A program made the position numbers and the translations under genes. From assembly GCF_037042905.1 (NCBI RefSeq), contig NC_087245.1:26910001-26970000 (forward strand): DNA of 60,000 bases, in the 5' to 3' direction. Under the pieces are notes generated by a model. That model saw only the letters and a list, made by a program, of their open reading frames with translations. It did not search any database and was not told the origin of the DNA. Each line of letters starts with the position of its first letter. Position 1 is the stretch's first letter. Positions 1-11,202 of this stretch are shown here, in pieces. Origin of the DNA: Lytechinus pictus (Eukaryota).

Positions 1-284
1 TGTTTGGAGTAGTTTGACTCGGTACGGAGTCAGTTTTGAGATATGGCTGATATGTTGCTAAATATCCAAAGTAAAATTGCTGATTCGCATATAGTGATTT
101 CCTAAATTACTGCCTATACCTTGCGTTAAAACTCACAGGTCAAGTTCCTGAAGCGGGAACCATAAGATGGCCCTGGTAGGATCGCGTTCCCTGCTAATTG
201 AAGAATTTTTACCTCCCTGATATACATAATATTAAATGGAGTACTCTTGTTGCTTCGTAACGCTGATGCTACTTTAATCCACAG

Positions 285-452
285 CTGCGACATCGAAGTT
301 TATTACTCAACAAAGTCAACACTATGTTTACCAACTGGGTCCATTTGCAGCCGCAGATGAAGCAAGGATCGATTTCTCCATCCAGTCTGCTTGCGAGGCC
401 GAAATCGTTTTTAAAGCTACAACAACAGCTGTCTCGGATAATTATACACTTG
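285..452 (+). CDS. Gene 1 exon, FAMeT-like domain 1, N-terminal half
   Basis: ccacag|...|gtatga; 168 nt; phase 1-1; ATSKFITQQSQHYVYQLGPFAAADEARIDFSIQSACEAEIVF...NYTL. Confidence 0.8.
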
Positions 453-3400
453 GTATGAAACTATTAGTAAAATATTCAAGTCTCATAAAGGCAATGTTAC
501 TCCTTTGATTACGTTTTCGAAGTGAGTGATCGTGAACATTATGGTGTTTTTATTAGAAGTATGTTAACTGATACAATGTATAATTTCATTAATTCATGAT
601 ATTATAAGAATAATCGAATATTGTATTTCCTTGTTTGAGACGATCATCATGTTCCACGGCTACCTTTATCACTGTCCTAAATCAATTTCAAACCGTACAT
701 CGTCCATGTAACCCCCCCCCCCTCCTTTCTAGCCTTACCAAATTTACGCTCTATAGTGTTGATGAACTGTCACGATTATAGTTTGGAAATTTAAATGAAT
801 ATATACCGTTTATCAATAGACAAGCCAGGAGTGCACATTTACACAGTCATACCTTTACCATAGGTTTGTATGTCATTAAGACCAAGAACAGCTTATCTCC
901 TGTCTATCATTCTGACTTGAGTGATTCACATGTGAGAATTTAACCACCACCTAACAACATCGAGTGCTGGAAAAGGATAGGACTACTGTGGGGTTTCACT
1001 GTTCATGCTGAAATGATGTTTGAGTAAAGTTTGTTTGTCTTTGTTTCAGAAAAAAATGTGTCTTTTTCTAAGTTCCCTTATAAATTATGTAAGTGGAATT
1101 TGATAAACGTTTCCGTTTTAGTTAATCATGTACACTTTGGGAATCGGGTGTGATATCAAACTCGGAGTCGAATCCACAACCTTATTATTTGCCAAAATCC
1201 CGACTCTCTTGTTATTGTTAAATCATAGCAATCGGTACTGACAACAACCAAATGACGATCATCACTAAGTGCGTATCGTCAAGGTGTAATCAGCTTCACG
1301 TCATCCAGACCCCGGATATTCTCAGCTCCTTATTTCCCGCCTTTTTCTACATCAATATCATCTTTAAGGATGGGACGTTGTCGGCGAGAATAGGGAAAGC
1401 TAGTCTTGCTGGCAGCCTTCGGTCAGATGGATCCGCGCTCGTGGTGTTTGAAGATCTGGAACCGCTCCATGTTATGTATGCTGGATTCAGGACGACAAAG
1501 TGTTCTGGCGTTTGGACCTCATCAAAACAAATCATCTCAAAACCAGGTATATACTGACGTATTCACTGAATTCAGAATGTATGTTGGTACTTTGGCCTCT
1601 TTTATTCCAATTGGTCGAAGTGTAATCATCATTACACATTGAATCAAAGTGCACTGATTATTGTCTGATGTTCAGATAAAGAAGTCATTGAAACTGCAGG
1701 TAGTAATGAAATAAAAGTCTTTTGAATAAATTGTCACATTGTCTTTCATCCAAATGTTGTGTTTTGCAGAAGTTACCACTACAGCCAAGGCAGTGAAACA
1801 ACCCACATCTCAAGTAGTTCCACAGCCGGGTCCCACTGAGAATGGGTCCAATCAATCTGCTGCAGCTTTGACAGCGCCCTCTGCGCTGGAAGAAGAACCA
1901 AGTAAGTAACTAACTAAATGATCTATGTGGGTTTATTTTTTCAGTCATCGTTAATAAAATATGTATATAAGCATCTCTTCATCGATATTCACTTTATATT
2001 ATAGGAACAATCGGCAAATTACACCTAGTACAGGATTGACTGGTGTACACACTTCTGGTCATATTATTTAAGATTTCATTATCGAAACCTTCTATAGGGC
2101 CTATTCATTATTCTTTATTTCAGGTGATAAGGTAACTTTTACCACTTTCGGTCTCGACAATGAATCACCTCGTTATGAAGTCGGTCCTCTTGATTCTTCC
2201 CGACCATCAAGGTTTGAGTTCTTGGTCACAGCAGCCGCCGGTGCCGTGGTATCCTTATCACCAGCAGTGGATTCGGAATATCCCAGCTATAAGCTACGTA
2301 AGTGGATACCTCATACAGAAGAGAAGGAACAGGATGCATGGTTGAATTAGTACTTTTGGAGACACTAGAAGGGGTGCTAAAAGTTAATTCAGATCTGTTA
2401 AAGATGGAATATTTACTTTCTTAATTTATTTAACTTGTCATTCTGGGGGCTCTTTTAAGTGTTGAGTTTTATCTTATATCCCTCTTTTTTTGGCCAGAAT
2501 ATCTCCTTTGAACAATACGTCGAGTGTGGATGTGTCCACGAGCGCTTTAGCGAATGATTGTACATTGAAAAAACATTATTATTATTGTAATTATTTATAA
2601 TTTTATCATAATTATCATTGTTATTATCATCATTATTAGGCCTATTATTACTGTCATCATTGATTGAATTGATTTATTACTATTTTATCTGGGTTATCTT
2701 AGTAATTTTTATTATCATCATAATTTTCTGCGTAATAGTAATCCACGTTACAAGAACAGTAGGGTTTATTCCGTCAACAATAAGGTAAAATTGTAAAAGA
2801 AATTAAATACAAAAATAATTGATGATCAATGAAAACCTTGAACTGCTATTCTACTCAATTATCACGATGATACTTATTGAATATCAAATATTTTTCAAAT
2901 TTTATTTAAAATCCGTGCCTGCAGATATTGGCGTTAACGGGAACAGCGAAACCCACCTCATGCGATGTACTTCCAGATACTTCTGTACAGCAGTGCTAAC
3001 CGTACAGACCGATTCCATTTTGACAAGTACCAATCCCGTCAAGTTCTTCGTAGAGCTCATACGATGCGGCAGAACCAATAAACTTAATGTGAGGCTTGGA
3101 CATATCGCGGGGGCAGCAGGAGCGGATTCAGTGATCCTAGATTACGAAGAAACTTATCCTTTGGAGATCGGTTGGGCAGGGTTTGGTACCATGGAAGATT
3201 TTACTGGACAATGGACAGTTTATAAATTCATCTTCTATTCAGGTACGATACGATAAGTATCAAAAGAACACCATTGATTCAAGTGAAAAGTGCTATATTT
3301 GTTAGTAACGCCACCCAACGCCACATCACATCACGTCACAAACTTATAGCTTTATCTATTTCAAAGTCATGAGATTTACAAGGTCATCTTCTGTCCTGAA

Positions 3401-6400
3401 AAGATAGATCTACTTACAATAAGAAGCTTATATTTAAGAAGCAGTTTAAGTACATTTTATCATTATTGGTCATACATAATTATGTCGCGTCACATATTGA
3501 TATTGAATGCTAAGTGTCTGATTATTTTACATTAGTAGCAATTGCAGATTCATTTTATTCATGCACTTTAGGATCATAAAGATCAATACAATATCTCACC
3601 AAAAGATAAGAGATGGAGAAAATGATGTGCCACACAATGGTCCCGTTGACAAATCGATTTAATTGATATTCTATCCAAGAGGTAAAGATCGCTGTGAATA
3701 GGTTGAAAATATAAAGAAAATCGAAAGGAAATATATATTTAATCATCACAAATGTGATACGTTACAGAAAAAAAATCATTATATTAAGATATTCTTTTTT
3801 TATAAACTATGGTAACATGATGTATTACAATTCTTTAAGATGACTCCATAAAACGATTCAACCAGATTCTTTGGGTAATATTTGAATTCATATTATCCTA
3901 TTCAGGATGATAGCTGGGAATTTTCTAAATTGCAGGGATTTAAAATAAATCCAAATGGACTGTAGTTATGGACCAGCCGAATTCTGGATTTTTGTTTTAA
4001 TCCTACAGATTCATTTTTAAATCTCGAACAATTTGAATACAAATCCTTCGAGATTTAAAACCAATTTTTTTTTAGGATTCAAACTAAATTCAGAATTCGA
4101 TTTTACCCTAACTACAGTCCAGCTTGATTTATTTTAAATCCCTCTATATTGGAGCGAAATTAAAAACTTAAAATAACAAGAACATCATTAAGTATTAGAA
4201 AGAATAAATATAATTATTCATCGCACAAAGTAACGTCAAACCCCTATTGTAAAATGTTAAATTTGTCAAATTAACTGAAGTTTTCATAAAATTATAAGAG
4301 TATTACAATCGGTTTATCTGGCTTTATATTCCATTTTTATAATTGGTGTATTTTCAAGATTTTTCCTAAGATCTATCAAGTTCCAGTAATCGTCGATATT
4401 GTCTTCTTGACAGGAACTACCTTGATATCATCGTTTAATACTGGCAAAGGTCCCGGAGACTCTAGGTACCCCCGAAGCTATTCCGTATTACGTGACCAAT
4501 CTGAGATGAAGTTTTCCTTCAGTGTTAAGGCCGAACAGAACGCCCTCATAGCTCTTTCCAACCAGGCTTCTGTCTTGGCTGCAACAGACGTCATCCAGAT
4601 CCGTAAGTAACATCTGTACCCATAACAATACGAATATGAACAAACCTTATCAATGGAAGAATGGACAGTTTGTGTTTTGCCTTTCTTTAATAATCAAGCT
4701 GGGAGGTGAGTTCTAAGCCCAGCCAAGAATTCTTTGATTTAAATGATTCTTTTGAACTTGTGCTCATGACACTTTAGTGTACGACTGATATATAAAAGCA
4801 CCGGAAATGAGCCAATTTAATGGCACAAATATGTTATTCTGTTGATAAAAATACGTTTTGCATGCATGTATAATTTTTAATACCGACTGTTTAGATACTA
4901 TTCCTGTTTATATAGACTTGTTTAAGCCATGCAGGGTTTTGAGTTCTCAGGATTGTCAACAATACGAACTGTTTTAGTGTAGATATTAAGTGAGTTGACC
5001 CTGGTTAAGAGAATCATCTTCTGTTGAAAGATTGAGCTACAAATTATTAATCTTTCACATCTGACACGTGACAAAGGACAGGAAGGAAGAAAAAGAAAAC
5101 GCTCCAGGGGGTCGTTTCTTAAAGCTGTTCGTAAGTTAAGAGCGACTTTAAGAACGACTGGTGAACCTTTTTTACGCGCTTAACCATCGCCAATGAATAT
5201 ACATTTTTCCACAAGGAAGGATCACCAATCGTTCTTAAAGTCGCTCTTAACTTACGAACAGCTTCATCATCATCATCATCTGCAGTAATCTTCAAAGGGC
5301 TCTGCAGCCTATCTCGAGCTTTATGAAACACCCACCCAGAGCAGGGAGAACGTGTTTTTACCATGAAGATCCACATTTCACTAAAATGTTTCTATGATAT
5401 TCGAATGAAAACAATTTTTTTTAAAGCAAAGTATGGTTGCACAATTCGTCTTTCATTTTCACGTTGTAAAAGAAATACCTATTCGTGTTTTTTGTTTTGT
5501 TTTTCATTTTGGTCGTGCCTTAGGTTTGGGTGTTGACAACAACCGGAGGTCAACTCTTTCAAAGAACAATGTTGAGATAGTGAGCGTTGAAGGAGACCAT
5601 CTATTGCGTTTTAGTGATGTTACTTTTTGGGTCTCTATCGACGGTAATATCATAGGAGTCGGAATGGGAAGTGGCGACCGCTTTATGGGAGCCATTTTGG
5701 AAGAACCGATCCATGCCAAGTACATCTGGTTTGCGGCCGGCGACGATGGTCTGACATATGAATGGAAGTTCTATAAGTACTTCTATTATAGTGCATCGAC
5801 GGGTAAGAGATTCACTTATGGTAGACTCACACCAACAAAACCGACTCCAGACCGATCTAAGCTATTACGTTATTTCCAATGACGTGCTATCGGTCGGTTT
5901 CATTAGTGTGAACGTACCATTGCTCTTGAAACTTATTATTCCCTTGTGAGTCCTTTCAAGCGTTTGCAGATAATCCTCCACTGATGTATAGTATTTTATG
6001 ACATAATTCCTCCCATTTCTTCTGTTCAAAATTTAGTTGACCCCACCCACAAAAAACACTCCTTCAATGTCGACAACAACACTACAATGTTCGGCGAGTC
6101 AAAAGAATCGAACTTTATTTAAAGTAATAAATAATTTATCACCAGAATTCACAATTGAATATCTAAAGCATGTCAGAACTTGAACACTTTAAATATTTTT
6201 TTATTTTTTGTGGGGTTCGCTAACTTTTGAGCAGCACTCTTATAAAACCAGTTCGTATAAAAGTGCTTTTGATCTGCGTAGTGTTCTTTTGACAGACATT
6301 GAGTAATTGTTTTCATCGTTAAAGTGCAAACCTGTATTAATTTTTTTAATCCCTCTCTAATGATCTGAAACTACTTTATTATTACTATATCAACCCAAAG

Positions 6401-9400
6401 GTCATCTGGAATCGACCCATGACATCGATGTCTTCCAGGCTCATATCTATGAGCAATCATCGCTGGAAGAAAAGTTTGAGTACAGTTTCCATCCACTTCA
6501 TGAAAACTACTTCGGCAAGTACATTGAGTTCACAGTCAGCACAGAGGGCGCTGTCTCAATTGCTTTGTCAGCAGACGGAAGCCAACAAGTCGAAATGTAT
6601 GAAATCGGTAAGTCGTTTACTAAAAATCCTTCGCATTTGCCACTTGCAATTAAGGACTGTTTCTTGTACCAAAGGAGTTATTGTGCGAACTTGATGTTCG
6701 GGGGGGGGGGGGTATGGGAGAGAGTTTCACCCTTAATGATGAGGGTGAAATCTGGCCGTTTAATACCTGAATTGAGTCGAGTAGTTAAATAGATTTGTCG
6801 TAATTCGTAAACATTAGTCCCCAGACTAAACGTAAAGTTTGCATATATATATGTTGCCATGTCGACTTAAAAATATATTAAGTCGACATAATAAGAAAAT
6901 GTCGACTTGGCGAGACACACTCTTTCTGGCCATCTCGTCATCAAGAATATCACAGTCTACAGTTCCCATGCTAGAAGACCAAATAAAGAACAAACTACAT
7001 GTATAGAGAGGAAAACATTCATTATACAAGTAGTACGATGTGTTTTCTTATATTGGTTACGCGGTAGGGAATGTTTGAAAAAAATCTAATTTGCCGCATC
7101 ACCTATTTTGGGGGAACAATTTACCATTAAATTTAAGAATTATATCATCATTGGAGACTTTCAAACCTCAACTGAAGTGATATCTTTGTAACAGTATCAC
7201 TTGACACTAAGACGCCCACCTTAACTCTCTTATTCACTCTTTTTTTCTTGTGTGCCTCGGAATATGATATTTCTAGATGGATGTTTTATTGTAATCTATG
7301 TTTTCAGTATCAATCTATATGTACCTTTTAAATATGTATATGTTTACCTATTTAGCATTTTTTATTTGATTTTGATTGTAAAAAATCAAGGATAAGACCG
7401 CCATAACCATGTGTTTAATGACGTTAACTGACAGTTGCTGGTATTTGTCTTCATCCTCCACTGATTTTATTGTATTACTCTAATTTTAAATATTTATATT
7501 TATTATGCTGGTGTTGTTGTAGTTTTCTGGTTTTATAGTTGTTTTCTCTGTATGTTGTATGTAATCTTTTACTCTTTTTATATTGTATAATATTGTAATA
7601 CGTTTGTATTTTAATAGGGCTCTCTTGTAAAGCAGTTTTGTACTGAAGAGACCACCCTGGAAAAATAAAACAAAACAAATAAATAAGTATAAATGCTTAT
7701 TAATATAATCAATCCCGTTCCCATATTTTACTCACATTGCAGTCTTTAGCGGTAACAGGAACTCGGACTTGTCGCTACGGAGATGCAGCTCGTGTGAAAC
7801 TCTTGTTAGTTCCTACGAAGAAGATGGATTTTTATTGCCAGGGAGAGAAAGGTATGGAACTAGAACTAATTGATTAATTACACACAAATGTTACCGTGCA
7901 CACACGACACGGGCGATTTGCAAAATACAAACATGGCAAATGAGAGAGTCCATCACACCACACAATAGGACATAATCTTTTGTATTACATGTAATATCAA
8001 ATATTTCGATTTTTGTAGATGTGATAATAAAGAAGATCATGGTTGAATTTTAATAGGGAACCATGTGTAACCATGCATGTCAAAACAAGATTTATAAGCA
8101 AAAACAATCTAAAACAGATATTGCTGTTATGATTTGGCAAATAAAACTATGTATACCTCAAGTGGACTGTTGACAAGTCAATTGCATTTCCATTATTTCA
8201 ATTGTAAAGGAATTTCTTGATATCCGTATATGACGGTACTATCAGGGTGTATGATGAACAGTTAACCGATCCGCTGTTAGAATGGACAGATCCGGAACCT
8301 CTACCGGTTAGCTTTGCCGGATTCAGCATGAAAAGTTCGTCCCACTTCGCTTACACTACAGGTAAAATCAGTGCATTTTGTGTATGATTATTGTTCACAG
8401 ATACATGAAATAGCGCACATTCATTTGACATTATCTATAAAGTTATTTTTGTGTATTTATACGTCAATAAGTTAACTTTTGGTAACCATACTATTTGCCG
8501 TCCCCTTCCGTACAAAATCCGAAATTAAGAAAATATGTAAATGAGAGATCACCTGTGATTAGGTGAATCCAGAACGTACAATTTGTGAACCTGTCTGCTC
8601 TGTAGTCACGTGATAAATAATGGCATATTGACCTATCACTGATTCCAGTAATATAAACTATATAATTATATAAGTTTCGAATCGATCATATATTTTATAT
8701 TGTGTCATGATTATTATTACTGCCCCCCACGAAACCAAAAACAGCTCCATGAAATCTATACAGGGGTGACAAGGTAGGCCTTCAATGTTTGATTCACTCA
8801 GATATAATTTATTATGAGAGCGCCTACTTCATACTCTACCGTCATCTCATTTAATATATATTTAGAAAATGTTCATTTTCTTTCACTTATTTCATTAACC
8901 GACTACCATTCAACATCTGAAACAAGTTTTTTCCTATCAATATTATTGCAAACTCAGTACCCACTGCTGGCTCTTACACCGATGAAGCCCCCTCCCCTTA
9001 TTTCTACGCCGTTCAACTTGCCACTGATAAGCCATGGAAGGTCGTTTTGTCAACATCAGGTGAACCAAAAGGGGAAGTGTATGAAATAGGTAAGAGCATT
9101 GACAGAGATATATACGATAGCCGCCTTAATAACTAATATTCAGATTGAAACGATGATCTTCCAATCTGATTTTCATATTAGACTTTAAATTCGAAAGTTA
9201 GCCCAAAAATTAAGGGACTGGGGTATGTTTGTAACGTTCCTAGATGATTGTGGATGTGCAGCAAAGGTCTGCTGGTATTGAGTGGTGCCCCGCTAAGCAG
9301 TAGATAACAGCCTCTCATTCCGATCGTTCAATTTATTTTTCAGATTTATTTACAAATCGAACACAATATTTTTTCTTGGATGCACGGCAGACATTCATTT

Positions 9401-10644
9401 AATTTATTATGAAAAAAATAATAAAGCTTATATTAATATTGTAATACGCGTTTCTTTACTTTTTATTAACTAATTTAAAAGTGGCGCGATTTCAGTGACT
9501 TATGACAAGAGCTTTTTATCTTGTTATTGATAAGAATTAAAAAGAAATTACGCCGGAAAGGACTTCTAATGATTTAATTACTTTAATCCTAAGCTGTTAT
9601 GATAACGATCAACAATTAACTTTTTCAAACCAATAAACAGAAATGTAAAACATTTACTAGACTTTTCCAAATTGTAAAGTATGTATTCTACCTCATAAAT
9701 GCTATATATTTGTTGTTTTGAATATCCCAAGTTCTATTGGGAGTCATTGTTGTTTCTTTTTACTTGCAGTTTATGGGACTGGAGAAAATACAAGAAGCGA
9801 GATCCGAAGAGGCAATGTACCCGTTGCCTCGGTTGAAAATGCCGGATTGGTATCCGCTGTGAACCCGAACTACTATTGGTTTGAGGTTAAAAACAATGTC
9901 ATCAAAACCGGCTTGTTTGATCCGGATTCTTCTCAACAATGTGAACTGTTTCTTGGTTACTACGACGCGGATTTCATCCCGGTACCCCTCTTTCGGATAT
10001 CCACCACTGATCCAGCAGCGGTATTCAATTTCGGTTTTGGGAGCGGACTTTCTCCTCGGTTGGAACCCGGGAATAGCATTTGCGAGCCGTATGCTCACGC
10101 TGTTTACAGCTCGGAAGAAGTTGAAATGGAGGGGAAAGAAGGCGCAGTCAGCGATGGTGAAAGTTCTGATCATGAGAGTAAAAGTAAAGAAAAAAGGAGC
10201 AGTAATGAGAGAAGGAATGAGAACGTTAGTAGTAATGAGAGTGGGAGTAATGAAGGGACGAGGAGCAGCGAACAGAGTGGAAGAAGTCAAATGAAATGGA
10301 GCAGCGAAGAGAAAGGGGGAAATAACGAGGTTAGAAGCAGCAATGAGAAAAGTGACAGTGATGAGACTAAAAGCAGCGGAGAGAGTGGAAACAGTGAAGA
10401 AAAGATAGAGAACGATGGAAAGAACAAGAATAAGAAAAATAAAGGAAGCAAAGAAGACAGAAGCAACAGTGAGGAGAAGAGAGAAAACGAAGGGAAGAAC
10501 AAGAAAGGGGAAAGTAAAGAAAGCAGTGACGAGGATAGAAGCGGCAGTGAAGAGAAAAGAAATAGTAAGGAAAAGAGCTCCAAAGAGAAAGGTAAGAAGA
10601 AAAACAGAGGTAAAAAGAAAGGAAGCAGTGAAGAAGGGAAGTAG
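285..10644 (+). CDS. Multi-exon gene, 5' end not identified: five tandem FAMeT-like (Methyltransf_FA-type) domains, T/P-rich linker, S/E/K-rich C-terminal tail; ~1016 aa visible
   Basis: Exons 285-452, 1229-1546, 1770-1901, 2124-2297, 2925-3242, 4414-4602, 5524-5802, 6401-6607, 7743-7851, 8210-8361, 8958-9089, 9770-10644. All have AG/GT boundaries and join into one open frame ending at TAG 10642-10644. The repeated pattern F-x-V...I-A-L-S...Y-E-I-x-I-G...N..S...F-W-I...D-P-x-P-L-x-V-x-(Y/F)-x-G-F was recognised by eye as FAMeT-like. Confidence 0.85.
1229..1546 (+). CDS. Gene 1 exon, FAMeT-like domain 1, C-terminal half
   Basis: tcatag|...|gtatat; 318 nt; IGTDNNQMTII...TPDILS...FEDLEPLHVMYAGFRT...GVW. 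Confidence 0.85.
1770..1901 (+). CDS. Gene 1 exon, Thr/Pro/Ala-rich linker
   Basis: ttgcag|...|gtaagt; 132 nt; VTTTAKAVKQPTSQVVPQPGPTENGS...EEEP. Confidence 0.8.
2124..2297 (+). CDS. Gene 1 exon, FAMeT-like domain 2, N-terminal half
   Basis: tttcag|...|gtaagt; 174 nt; ...YEVGPLDSSRPSRFEFLVTAAAGAVVSLSP...SYKL. Confidence 0.85.
2925..3242 (+). CDS. Gene 1 exon, FAMeT-like domain 2, C-terminal half
   Basis: ctgcag|...|gtacga; 318 nt; IGVNGNSETHL...TDSILT...YEETYPLEIGWAGFGT...GQW. Confidence 0.85.
3934..4143. mobile_element. Palindromic MITE-like element in a gene 1 intron
   Basis: agggatttaaaataaatc..ggactgtagtta is inverted at taactacagtcc..gatttattttaaatccct. Confidence 0.6.
4414..4602 (+). 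CDS. Gene 1 exon, FAMeT-like domain 3, N-terminal half
   Basis: tgacag|...|gtaagt; 189 nt; ...KFSFSVKAEQNALIALSN...VIQI. Confidence 0.85.
5108..5336. mobile_element. Palindromic MITE with 3-bp CAG flanks (PIF/Harbinger-like), interrupted by a 52-bp insert
   Basis: Long arms (agctgttcgtaagttaagagcgactttaagaacga / tcgttcttaaagtcgctcttaacttacgaacagct); CAG at 5105-5107 and 5337-5339. Confidence 0.7.
5265..5316 (-). mobile_element. Very short 5'-truncated non-LTR retroposon 3' end with (GAT)n tail
   Basis: Flanked by the direct repeat AGCTT (5260-5264, 5317-5321); ends in gatgatgatgatgatg on the minus strand. Confidence 0.6.
5524..5802 (+). CDS. Gene 1 exon, FAMeT-like domain 3, C-terminal half
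   Basis: ccttag|...|gtaaga; 279 nt; LGVDNNRRSTL...TFWVSIDGNIIGVG...EEPIHAKYIWF...EWKF. Confidence 0.85.
6401..6607 (+). CDS. Gene 1 exon, FAMeT-like domain 4, N-terminal part
   Basis: ccaaag|...|gtaagt; 207 nt; ...IEFTVSTEGAVSIALSADGSQQVEMYEI. Confidence 0.85.
7743..7851 (+). CDS. Gene 1 exon, FAMeT-like domain 4, middle part
   Basis: ttgcag|...|gtatgg; 109 nt; phase 1-2; VFSGNRNSDLSLRRCSSC...GFLLPGRE. Confidence 0.8.
8210..8361 (+). CDS. Gene 1 exon, FAMeT-like domain 4, C-terminal part
   Basis: gtaaag|...|gtaaaa; 152 nt; phase 2-1; NFLISVYDGTIRV...PLLEWTDPEPLPVSFAGFS. Confidence 0.85.
8958..9089 (+). CDS. Gene 1 exon, FAMeT-like domain 5, N-terminal half
   Basis: actcag|...|gtaaga; 132 nt; ...YFYAVQLATDKPWKVVLSTSGEPKGEVYEI. 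Confidence 0.8.
   Translation, partial: YPLLALTPMKPPPLISTPFNLPLISHGRSFCQHQVNQKGKCMK
9770..10644 (+). CDS. Gene 1 last coding exon, FAMeT-like domain 5 C-terminal half plus S/E/K-rich tail
   Basis: ttgcag| acceptor; VYGTGENTRSEIRR...YYWFEVKNNVIKTG..., then a low-complexity tail to TAG. Confidence 0.85.
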
Positions 10645-11166
10645 TAACAATTAACAAGTTCAAATTGTGATAGGTCTGCTGGTTTATACCATTGATTTAC
10701 GCCAACAGCATTCTGATTTTGCTCAGAACTAATGGTGCCACATGCCAGTGTGTTAATGCTTTCACTCTCCTATTTTTGGTCAACGGTAACAAAGTGGTTT
10801 CAATCATTCGAAAATTCTTTAAATGCATTAATGAACTTGTTTGTTTGATCTTCTCACTGCTTGCTGATTTTTTTTTAAAGAATGATTAATATGATCATAC
10901 AATCATGTCGGTTTTTAATCCGCGGTTCAATGTGAGCAATGGAAAGAAAAACGATATTACGTATTGGTGTACTCGAAGAATTATCATTTGAAAAAAAATC
11001 ATATTCCAGTTCACTTAATGCGCTCTTTCTGTCTGTCTCACCCTCTCTCTTTATGATGCTTTTGTGGTGATCTTATGTTGTATCATATTCCATCTTCGAA
11101 TTGAATATGCCATTACCAGAGTTAGTTGAGACTTTCACAATTTATATTACCATGAATACCGATACC

Positions 11167-11202
11167 AATAAATCATCACGTTTCAAGAGCAGACTGAATA
11201 AA
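11167..11202 (+). promoter_or_regulatory. Candidate polyadenylation signals of gene 1
   Basis: AATAAA at 11167-11172 and 11197-11202, followed by a T/GT-rich tract at ~11215-11250. Confidence 0.45.

Noticed and set aside
139..175. Possible upstream mini-exon of gene 1 (cacag|...|gtagg)
   Set aside because: The only frame that joins in phase to exon 285 contains a TAA.
285..10644. Calling gene 1 an active methyltransferase or CPAMD8
   Set aside because: No SAM-binding motif and no alpha-2-macroglobulin domains are visible; only the repeat domain is shared.
9760..10663. Long hydrophobic antisense ORFs (296, 98 and 98 aa)
   Set aside because: Reverse-strand shadows of the purine-rich S/E/K tail.
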